Shown: one piece after another, positions 19,456 through 27,224 of the stretch
How the letters are laid out: each line of letters starts with the position of its first letter
Position numbering within the stretch: the stretch's first letter is position 1
Assembly (NCBI GenBank): GCA_043813605.1
Contig: JBDRKX010000084.1
Location: forward strand, 1-34,039
Origin: Elusimicrobiota bacterium
Lineage (GTDB): Bacteria > CG03 > SLGR01 > JBDRKX01
DNA: 34,039 nt
Direction of reading: 5' to 3'
The notes under the pieces: model-generated
The model's database searches: none
What the model saw: the letters and a program-made list of their open reading frames with translations, nothing else
What the model was told of the DNA's origin: nothing
Translations under genes and position numbers: made by a program

Positions 19456-20463
19456 ATGATAATAACACTTAAAGAGGGGATATCAAAGGAACAGATCAAT
19501 ATAATAGAAAAAAAGGCCAGGGAACTGGGATTTTCACCGGAAGTCTCTATAGGTGAAAAGAAGACCCTTGTACTGGTCAAGGGAGAACAGGCGATCCTTT
19601 CAAGGGAAGTATTCGAAGCCTATGAGGCGGTCGATTTTATTACGGCCATATCAGAGCCGTATAAACTTGTATCGAAAAAATGGAAAACCAAGACTGTAGT
19701 AGATGTTGACGGAATAAAGATCGGCGGAGAAGATATGGTCTTCATGGCCGGTCCGTGTTCTGTAGAGGACCCTGATACGATGCTCGAAATAGCATTGTTT
19801 GTTAAGCAGAGCGGTGCGTCAGTCTTGAGGGGGGGCGCATTCAAACCCAGGACATCTCCTTATGCGTTCCAGGGTCTCGGAGAAGAAGGGTTGAAGATAC
19901 TCAAGAGTGTATCCGAAGAAACAGGGCTGAAAATAGTCACTGAAGTGATGAGTATAGCGCAGGTGGAGATCGTCGAAAAATATGCCCATATGATACAGCT
20001 CGGAGCAAGGAATATGCAGAATTTTGAACTGCTCAAAGCATGTGGGAAATCAAGCAAACCGATACTGCTTAAGAGAGGATTCTCAAATACGATAAAAGAA
20101 TTCCTTATGAGCGCAGAATATATCGCTTCTGAAGGTAACAGTAATATAGTATTGTGTGAAAGGGGAATAAGGACTTTTTCCGATTTTACCAGGTTTACGC
20201 TTGATATCGCCTGCGTGCCTGTTGTAAAAAACCAGACCCATCTGCCTATAATAGTAGATCCCTCCCATCCTGCAGGAAAGAGGAACCTGGTAGAACCGCT
20301 CTCAATGGCGGCGGTGGCTTCCGGCGCCGATGGCCTTATTATCGAAGTACACAAGAATCCGGAAAATGCCAAATCGGATGGTTCTCAGACTGTGTTTTTT
20401 GAACAGTTCAAGAGTATAGTAGAACGGGCATCCCGGATCAGGAAAGCCGTTTCAGAAGTCTGA
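19456..20463 (+). CDS. aroF: DAHP synthase type I-beta with N-terminal regulatory domain
   Basis: AGPCSVE, RGGAFKPRTSPY, GARNMQNF, LCERGIRTF, DPSH, IEVH. Confidence 0.95.
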   Translation: MIITLKEGISKEQINIIEKKARELGFSPEVSIGEKKTLVLVKGEQAILSREVFEAYEAVDFITAISEPYKLVSKKWKTKTVVDVDGIKIGGEDMVFMAGPCSVEDPDTMLEIALFVKQSGASVLRGGAFKPRTSPYAFQGLGEEGLKILKSVSEETGLKIVTEVMSIAQVEIVEKYAHMIQLGARNMQNFELLKACGKSSKPILLKRGFSNTIKEFLMSAEYIASEGNSNIVLCERGIRTFSDFTRFTLDIACVPVVKNQTHLPIIVDPSHPAGKRNLVEPLSMAAVASGADGLIIEVHKNPENAKSDGSQTVFFEQFKSIVERASRIRKAVSEV

Positions 20464-20539
20464 AAAGAAGGACAATATGAAATTTCGAAAGGAACTTTGT
20501 TGAAGAGTATTCAGCCAGGCAGCTGTCGGAAAGTACCCT

Positions 20540-21853
20540 ATGTTTGCTTCTAAAAAAAAGGTCCCGCATGAAATCAAGGCCGCCGCGCTGATTCACGGAA
20601 CTACACGAGTAACAGCAGACAAACAGATTTCCCTGCGCGCATTGATAATGACCGCTCTTTCCAGCGGCAGGTCGGAAATAAAGAACTGCTTTTTCTCATC
20701 AGACTGCGAAAGGCTTATAAAAATATTAAAAAAACTCGGTATCAGGATAAAGAGAAACAAAGACGGAGATCTTGATATAACCGGCCGGGGGAGATACGGA
20801 TTGCGGGCACCTTACGGAAAGATCGATTGCGGCGGATCTGACGATGTCATAAGTATTATGGCAGGAATACTTGTGCCTCAAATGTTCGGATCGGTGCTTG
20901 TTGCCGATAACGACGTGACAGAGATGTCCATGAGAAAGATAACTCTTCCTCTGAAAAGAATGGGAGCGGATATATCAGCGAATAAAGCGGAATTTCCTCC
21001 TCTTAAAATACGGCCCGGTCTTATAAAGGGTACCAGTTTAAGGACATATCTGCCCGGAGCGGATGTGAAGACATGCCTGTTGTTTTCTGCTCTTTATTCT
21101 GATGAAACCACGACTATAGCACAGCAGTATATGTCACACGATCATACAGAAAGGATGATGCAGTATTTCGGAATAAGCGTAGGGAGTTCCGGTAATACAG
21201 TATCGATTTCGGGAGGTGCCAACTGGCCGGGAAAGGTTGTCAAAGTGCCCGGTGATTTTTCTGTTGCAGCGTTTCTTATTGCGGCAGCGCTTCTTGTAAA
21301 AGACAGCAGTATAGAGATCAGGGATGTCGGGCTCAATCCGACAAGGACCGGATTTTTGAACATTTTAAGAAGAATGGGGGCGGATATTCAAGTTACTCAA
21401 ACAGAACAGATATGCAATGAACCGGTGGGAACTGTCAAAGCATCATATACAAATGAACTGAGACCTGTGATACTAGATCAGGATGATATTCCGGAATTAA
21501 TGGATGAGATACCGCTTATAGTGCTTCTTGCCACCCGCGCTAACGGCAAAACCATCATAGAGGGAGTAGATGCCATGAGAAAAAACAGATCCAACAGGCT
21601 TCATGCCATATCGACACAACTCCAGAATATGGGACAGAGCATAGAAGAGCAGTACGATTCGCTTGTAATAACCGGAGGGAAAGGGCCGCTGAAAAGAGCA
21701 AAGCTAAAAAGTTTCCGGGATGCTGAGATAGCGATGATGCTCACAATAGCCGGCCTTTCTGCAAAAGACGGGATAGAGATAGACAGTACAGCATGTGTGG
21801 AAAAATCATACCCCGGTTTTTATGGAATCCTGGAGGGTGTCATTGAAAGATAG
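20540..21853 (+). CDS. aroA: EPSP synthase (class II AroA) homolog with degenerate active site
   Basis: Full length, with DHTERM, VPGDFS, GLNPTRTG, DEIP, SYPGF motifs and aroF-aroA-cmk synteny. Many catalytic residues are substituted (see findings). Confidence 0.85.
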   Translation: MFASKKKVPHEIKAAALIHGTTRVTADKQISLRALIMTALSSGRSEIKNCFFSSDCERLIKILKKLGIRIKRNKDGDLDITGRGRYGLRAPYGKIDCGGSDDVISIMAGILVPQMFGSVLVADNDVTEMSMRKITLPLKRMGADISANKAEFPPLKIRPGLIKGTSLRTYLPGADVKTCLLFSALYSDETTTIAQQYMSHDHTERMMQYFGISVGSSGNTVSISGGANWPGKVVKVPGDFSVAAFLIAAALLVKDSSIEIRDVGLNPTRTGFLNILRRMGADIQVTQTEQICNEPVGTVKASYTNELRPVILDQDDIPELMDEIPLIVLLATRANGKTIIEGVDAMRKNRSNRLHAISTQLQNMGQSIEEQYDSLVITGGKGPLKRAKLKSFRDAEIAMMLTIAGLSAKDGIEIDSTACVEKSYPGFYGILEGVIER

Positions 21854-22523
21854 ATTCATCATAACGATAGACGGTCCTGCCGGCGCGGGAAAGACAACGA
21901 TCGCCAGCAAGCTGGCAGACAGGATAGGGTTCAGGTATGTGGATACCGGTTCGATGTACAGGGCAATAACACTGAATGTGATAGAAGAGGATCTGTCGTT
22001 TTCGGATGTGCCTGCAATAGAGGTGCTGGCAGAGGAATCGGATATAAGGATCGGTTTTGACGGCGGGTGTATGAAGATATATCTTGACGGAAGGGATATA
22101 ACAGGAGAAATACGCCAGCGTGCCGTGACTGAAAACACATCGCTTATTGCTGCTATTCCCGGTGTCAGGTATAAACTTGCAAAAATACAGAGACAGGCTG
22201 CAGAAGATCTCGGCAAAGTAGTATTTGACGGCAGGGATATGGGCAGCATAGTGTTTCCTGATGCGGATCTTAAGATATACCTTGATGCGGGGATAGAAGA
22301 AAGAGCCCGGCGAAGATGGCAGGAACTAAAGGACAGAGGCGAGGATATAAATATAGAAAAACTGAAAAAAGACATAACAGAAAGGGATAGACGAGATGCA
22401 TCCAGGGGATTGGCGCCGCTAAGGATACCCGAAAATGCTTCAATAATAGACTCAACTTCCCTAAGTATAGAAGAAGTGGTGGATAAAATAATTGAATTAT
22501 TACATAGGCAGGTTTCTTTTTAG
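21843..22523 (+). CDS. cmk: Cytidylate kinase
   Basis: ITIDGPAGAGKTT, DTGSMYRA, DGRDMG, ERDRRD. Start re-assigned to TTG 21843 behind GGAGGG. Confidence 0.95.
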   Translation: MKDRFIITIDGPAGAGKTTIASKLADRIGFRYVDTGSMYRAITLNVIEEDLSFSDVPAIEVLAEESDIRIGFDGGCMKIYLDGRDITGEIRQRAVTENTSLIAAIPGVRYKLAKIQRQAAEDLGKVVFDGRDMGSIVFPDADLKIYLDAGIEERARRRWQELKDRGEDINIEKLKKDITERDRRDASRGLAPLRIPENASIIDSTSLSIEEVVDKIIELLHRQVSF

Positions 22524-23070
22524 GATCATTTTCAGGGTCGCATTCCGGCTCAATGTCTATGGCAGGTATAACATGCCTGCCGGGCCATGTCTTATAGTGT
22601 CGAATCATAATTCACTTATCGATCCTCCTCTGGTATCAAGCTGTCTCAGGCGTCCGATATATTTTATGGCAAAGAAAGAACTTTTTGATATCCCGGTATT
22701 CGGCGATTTAATAAGATCAGCGCATGCTTTTCCGGTAAACCGGCACGCTGCCGATCTTTCAACTGTGAAAAAGGCTATAAAGCTTCTTAAATCCGGTCGG
22801 TCTCTGCTGCTTTTCCCGGAGGGGACAAGAAAAAAATCCGATAAGAAAATACACCGCGGAGTGTCGCTGCTTGCGCATAAAGCCGGTGTTCCTGTCGTAC
22901 CCTGCAGGTTGTTCAATAACGAAAAGCCTTACAGATTCAGACGCTTGGCATGCAGGATAGGCAAACCGGTGAATTTCAGCCTGCTGCCGGGTGAAAAGGC
23001 AAACAGCAGGCTCTATCTTGATTTTGCAGAAGAACTGGTGAACAGGATATATGAACTTCAGGATAATTGA
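22492..23070 (+). CDS. plsC: 1-acyl-sn-glycerol-3-phosphate acyltransferase
   Basis: SNHNSLIDP (HX4D), FMAKKELF, FPEGTR; follows cmk. Confidence 0.9.
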   Translation: MNYYIGRFLFRIIFRVAFRLNVYGRYNMPAGPCLIVSNHNSLIDPPLVSSCLRRPIYFMAKKELFDIPVFGDLIRSAHAFPVNRHAADLSTVKKAIKLLKSGRSLLLFPEGTRKKSDKKIHRGVSLLAHKAGVPVVPCRLFNNEKPYRFRRLACRIGKPVNFSLLPGEKANSRLYLDFAEELVNRIYELQDN

Positions 23071-23089
23071 TACAGGTTAAAGAAGAAAA

Positions 23090-24073
23090 ATGAAGAATAT
23101 AACAATCAAAGAGATAGCCCAGAAGTCCGGTACTTCGATAGCCACGGTATCCAGGGTTATGAATAATCCCGAAAAAGTTTCGGAACCGGTACGCAATAAG
23201 ATACTGTCTGTTATGGAAGAATACGGGTACATACAGAACAGGATTGCCAAGGGTCTTGTTAAAGGAAGGTCACAGGTAATAGCGGTAGTGGCGCCGGGTG
23301 AAGAAGAGTTTTTTAACGCATATTATTTCAAGGGCCTGTTTTTCGGAATTGTCAATGCCGCAAACAGGCTGGGGTACAATGTTATGGTGAACCAGCTTGT
23401 AAGAACAGGCGGATGCAGGAATCAGTTCCCTGTTGACGGATATATCGTGATCTCACCTCCTGTCGGCGACCCGTTTCTCAAGGAGCTTAGAAATATAGAT
23501 ATCCCTGTGGTACTTATAGGCAGGAAAACTGATGATATCAGCTATGTAGACCTGGATAACATACAGGCAAGTTTCAGGATGACCAGCCATCTTATCGAGT
23601 GCGGTCATGATCGGATAGTCATACTGACAGGGGGAAAAGATATCCAGAATTCTGCTGAAAGAGTCACAGGATATAGAAAAGCCCTGGATACGGCAGGTAT
23701 AGTACCGGATGATAAATATATCATTGATTGCGGTTTTTCTGAAGATACTGCTTACGACAAGATAGGGTGTATCCTTTCAGAAGGTATGGTTTTTACCGCA
23801 GTTATGGCATGTAATGATCTTATGGCAATAGGCGCTATACGCGCTATACATGAGAGGAAACTGGATGTTCCTGAAGATATTTCAGTAACGGGATTCGACG
23901 ATATGGATATTACCTCCTATTTTTCCCCAAGGCTTACAACTTTCAGCCAGCCGTTATCGGCAATGGGTGAAGATTCAGTACGCCTGCTTGTCGGACATAT
24001 TGAAGGACATATCACTTCTCCACAGGGAAAAGAGTTCACCGGAATGATGATTTTGAGGGAATCGCATAAATAG
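23090..24073 (+). CDS. LacI-family transcriptional regulator (paralog 1)
   Basis: TIKEIAQKSGTSIATVSRVMN HTH; sugar-binding domain ending in VPEDISVTGFDD, PRLTT. Confidence 0.95.
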   Translation: MKNITIKEIAQKSGTSIATVSRVMNNPEKVSEPVRNKILSVMEEYGYIQNRIAKGLVKGRSQVIAVVAPGEEEFFNAYYFKGLFFGIVNAANRLGYNVMVNQLVRTGGCRNQFPVDGYIVISPPVGDPFLKELRNIDIPVVLIGRKTDDISYVDLDNIQASFRMTSHLIECGHDRIVILTGGKDIQNSAERVTGYRKALDTAGIVPDDKYIIDCGFSEDTAYDKIGCILSEGMVFTAVMACNDLMAIGAIRAIHERKLDVPEDISVTGFDDMDITSYFSPRLTTFSQPLSAMGEDSVRLLVGHIEGHITSPQGKEFTGMMILRESHK

Positions 24074-24167
24074 GTTTATCGACTGAGACAGTAAAAATAT
24101 TTTACAGTAATTTTACATTTCTTTCAAAATCCTTTCATTTTTTCACAACTTTTTCATACCTGCCGGG

Positions 24168-24201
24168 TATAATATCACCATTGAATGTAAACGATTACAT
24201 T
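24168..24201 (+). promoter_or_regulatory. -10 box and LacI-type operator upstream of LacI paralog 2
   Basis: TATAAT at 24168-24173 (no clean -35). CG-centred near-palindrome AATGTAAACGATTACATT at 24184-24201, just before the AGGAG SD. Confidence 0.7.
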
Positions 24202-24222
24202 AATCAGGAGCCGAGCAATAAA

Positions 24223-25233
24223 ATGTCTATCACGATCAAAGAAATAGCAAAGAGAGCTAACACTTCCATAGCCACAATATCCAGGGTACTTAATAACCGG
24301 GAAAAGGTGGCGCAGAAAACAATAGACAAAATAGTTGCAATAATGGACGAGACCGGCTACAGGAGAAACCAGCTTGCAGGCGGACTCGCCGGCGGAAAAA
24401 CTCAAGTAATAGCTATGGTCACTCCTGACAAAGAAAATTTTTTCCACGCGTACTATTTTCAGCAACTCTTTATGGGAATAAGCAGAGGAGTTATTGAAAA
24501 CGGTTACAGCATACTTATCAATCATGATGAGTACGGGAATCCTTCCGGCAGCAATCATTTCCCGGTAGACGGGTATATTGTGATCTCTCCTTCAATGGAC
24601 AGTCCTGTTATTGAAAAACTCTCTTACAATGAAGCGCCGTCTGTACTGATCAACAGGAAATCCGATCTGCATAACTGGGTGGACATAAACAACGAATCGG
24701 CTATAGCTATAATCGTGAACCATCTAACAAGGCTCGGCCACGAGAACATAGCAATGATAACCGGCGGGGATAACATCCAGAATTCGATAGAAAGGATATC
24801 CGGATACAAAAAAGCTCTTAAGATGAACGGTATTGCTTACAGAGAGGATTATGTCATAAACGGAGAATTCACCGAGAGAAAAGCTTATGAGGAAGTAGAC
24901 AGGCTGGTTTCAAGAAGACTTCCGATAACAGCTATCATGGCGTGCAATGACCTCATGGCAGTGGGCGCCATAAACGCGGTTAATGACAATAATCTGAGGG
25001 TTCCTGAAGATATAGCGGTAGTAGGATTTGACGATATTGACGGTATATGTTTCTTTAAACCTTCCATAACGACTTTCCGGCAGCCTTTTTTTGAAATGGG
25101 CAGATCGGCCGCCGAAATGCTTATTTCCCAGATAGAAGGGAGATCGGATACTCCGGTTAACATGGAGTTTGACGGGAAACTGATACAGAGGGAATCCTGC
25201 GGCGCATATCTGAAAATGGGGATTTATGAATAA
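24223..25233 (+). CDS. LacI-family transcriptional regulator (paralog 2)
   Basis: MSITIKEIAKRANTSIATISRVLN HTH, VPEDIAVVGFDD. Start re-assigned to ATG 24223. Confidence 0.95.
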   Translation: MSITIKEIAKRANTSIATISRVLNNREKVAQKTIDKIVAIMDETGYRRNQLAGGLAGGKTQVIAMVTPDKENFFHAYYFQQLFMGISRGVIENGYSILINHDEYGNPSGSNHFPVDGYIVISPSMDSPVIEKLSYNEAPSVLINRKSDLHNWVDINNESAIAIIVNHLTRLGHENIAMITGGDNIQNSIERISGYKKALKMNGIAYREDYVINGEFTERKAYEEVDRLVSRRLPITAIMACNDLMAVGAINAVNDNNLRVPEDIAVVGFDDIDGICFFKPSITTFRQPFFEMGRSAAEMLISQIEGRSDTPVNMEFDGKLIQRESCGAYLKMGIYE

Positions 25234-25398
25234 TACAAAAAAGACAAAAGAAGAACAGGCAGTTACGGTTAAATCCGTACTGGAAGAAAAAGGAGATATG
25301 ATAAAGAAAGACAGAAACACAGGAAAAAATTCAGTTTGAAATATAATGAAGGTAAAAAAATGGGGAAAAAAGCAGAAATGGAACAAGGAGGAAGAAAA

Positions 25399-26355
25399 AT
25401 GAGGAAATTAGTATTAGTGTTAGTGGGGATCATGATCCTGGCAGTTCCCATGGTACACGCGGAAAAGACCGAAGGGAATTACACAAGAGCGGAAGCTATA
25501 GATGACCTGAACACTTTATCGGCAGCGGCGCTGGACGCTCTTAACGTAGCGGGATGTGGAGCGACAATGGCTGCTAATATTGTAGCTTACAGGGATGTTA
25601 CTCCTTTTGTCGCTATTGAAGATCTGGGAAATGTCAGTGGTATAGCTGTACCTGGAACTTATTACGACAATTTCAGGACATTTTTCTGGGGAACTGATAT
25701 GATACCGAATGACGAAGGCGGCGGCGGAGTAGGCGACCTCTCAGCAAGTGTTGAAGTTACAGCATCTGTTGCGGGTATCACTTCACTCACAGTTACGGAT
25801 ACCGCTGGTGCTGACGGTGTCGTATCTTTCGGAACCCTGACTTCAGCGTATACAAAAGCGCCTGAAAGCATAACAGTCGGTATATCATCGAACTACGGCA
25901 GCTGGGAACTAGAGATCTATACGGATAACTTTCCGTCAACAACTCCGTCTACAAGTACATGGGGATTGGCGTACGGCGGTATGATCGATGCTTCTCAGGG
26001 AACAAGAGTCCCGCTCGGCTGGTGTGCCTTTGAAGACGCTACATGGGGAGACGCTGAAGCGCCGAGTACCGACAAAGACAATATGGGCCGCTGGATGTAT
26101 GTAAAAGATCAGAGCGATCTGGATGATCCTGCTGCAACCGGTGACCAGTCATGGGCCGGCAGAGGCGGATATGCAAATATAGCATGGGGTATTCCCGGAA
26201 CAAGTTATGTCGTGAACCCGTATAACACTGGCGGAGATCCGCAGTATACAGATGCTATGGCAGGTGATGATTTCAATCTCTACCTGGAAACAGCCGGCAG
26301 CGCATTGCCCGGTACATATAGTTCGACTGTATACCTTGACCTCATAAACGAATAA
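25399..26355 (+). CDS. Secreted protein: ComEA-like helix-hairpin-helix domain + Gly linker + pilin/WxL-like beta domain
   Basis: Strong SD AAGGAGG; signal peptide MRKLVLVLVGIMILAVPMVHA; DLNTLS..L..L..AGCG..MA.NIVAYR...F...EDL..VSGI; GGGG; C-terminal PGTYSSTVYLDL. The pilin-like call is motif inference. Confidence 0.7.
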   Translation: MRKLVLVLVGIMILAVPMVHAEKTEGNYTRAEAIDDLNTLSAAALDALNVAGCGATMAANIVAYRDVTPFVAIEDLGNVSGIAVPGTYYDNFRTFFWGTDMIPNDEGGGGVGDLSASVEVTASVAGITSLTVTDTAGADGVVSFGTLTSAYTKAPESITVGISSNYGSWELEIYTDNFPSTTPSTSTWGLAYGGMIDASQGTRVPLGWCAFEDATWGDAEAPSTDKDNMGRWMYVKDQSDLDDPAATGDQSWAGRGGYANIAWGIPGTSYVVNPYNTGGDPQYTDAMAGDDFNLYLETAGSALPGTYSSTVYLDLINE

Positions 26356-26365
26356 AAAGAGGAAT

Positions 26366-26405
26366 TGCTTGGTTCACCCTCTATAAGGGAGGGTGGACCA
26401 AAGCA
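26366..26405 (+). other. Strong intergenic stem-loop without a U-tract (mRNA stabiliser or attenuator)
   Basis: TGCTT-GGTTCACCCTC-tataagg-GAGGGTGGACC-AAAGCA: 11-bp core stem with one G-U pair, plus a 5-bp extension. Confidence 0.7.
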
Positions 26406-26414
26406 TGTAAAAAA

Positions 26415-27224
26415 ATGCCAAGCAATAAGATTGAAAATTTAATAAAGGTTTTAGCGGTGCTCCTCGCATGTATTATAATACTGGTTGCGGTATGTTTTGC
26501 GGCCGGGGGGGTCGGCGTTGATCCGACTATTGTCGAAACTTTAGCTGAACGGGAAACCGTAACAACAGGTACTTTAACGGTAGTGAACAATGAACAGTAC
26601 CCGGTTTCAGTGACAGTCAAACTTGAGAACTGGCTCAAAAGGAAAGGTTTCGACAATAATCTGAGCGCAATGGCGCCGGAAGACTGGGTGAAGATCGAGC
26701 CGTCAAAATTCGAGATAAAAGCCCGGTCAGCGAAAAAAGTAAACTATATCCTGAATATACCGGAAGGTTTGAAGGGCGAGCTGGTGGCGATGGCTTATTT
26801 TGCGCCTGTCAGCATGACCAAAAGTTCGATGTTAAGAAGCAGGATCGGCGTATGTATCTATGCGGGAATAAAAGGTACGGAAAAAATCCAGGCAAAAATC
26901 TCGGAAACCGTGATATTGCCGGATGACAAAGAAGGAAAAAAAGGATTGGGATTCATAACGAAACTAGAGAATTCCGGCAATGTGCATATCAGACCTGTAG
27001 GTAAAGTAATTGTTTTACAAGAAGGGAAGACGATCAAAGAGATAGATTTTCAAAAAGGGTTTCCGATATATCCCGGTAAGACCCATTCATATTCCGTATA
27101 CTGGAAGAACGCGGATCTTCCAGTAGGCGTTTATACTGCCCGTGCTGTTTTCGAGTACGGTACGATATACGGCGATACTAAGGAAACAAAAGGAAAGGAT
27201 ACGGAGTTCATAAGCGTAAAATGA
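26415..27224 (+). CDS. Two-Ig-domain chaperone-like protein (PapD/fimbrial chaperone or DUF916/WxL-interacting-like)
   Basis: Signal or anchor, GVGVDPTIVE, TLTVVNN, WVKIEPSKFEI, RIGVCIY, LENSGNVHIRP. Confidence 0.65.
   Translation: MPSNKIENLIKVLAVLLACIIILVAVCFAAGGVGVDPTIVETLAERETVTTGTLTVVNNEQYPVSVTVKLENWLKRKGFDNNLSAMAPEDWVKIEPSKFEIKARSAKKVNYILNIPEGLKGELVAMAYFAPVSMTKSSMLRSRIGVCIYAGIKGTEKIQAKISETVILPDDKEGKKGLGFITKLENSGNVHIRPVGKVIVLQEGKTIKEIDFQKGFPIYPGKTHSYSVYWKNADLPVGVYTARAVFEYGTIYGDTKETKGKDTEFISVK

Noticed and set aside
20498..20503. TGT-TGA as possible Cys-selenocysteine readthrough into aroA
   Set aside because: No convincing bacterial SECIS hairpin follows, and AroA homology starts after ATG 20540. 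TGA is used as a normal stop throughout the window.
24091..24117. AT-rich inverted repeat GTAAAAATATTTTAC and adjacent TTTTACA copy between the LacI genes
   Set aside because: Low complexity with no central CG. It could be an auxiliary site but cannot be distinguished from chance in AT-rich DNA.
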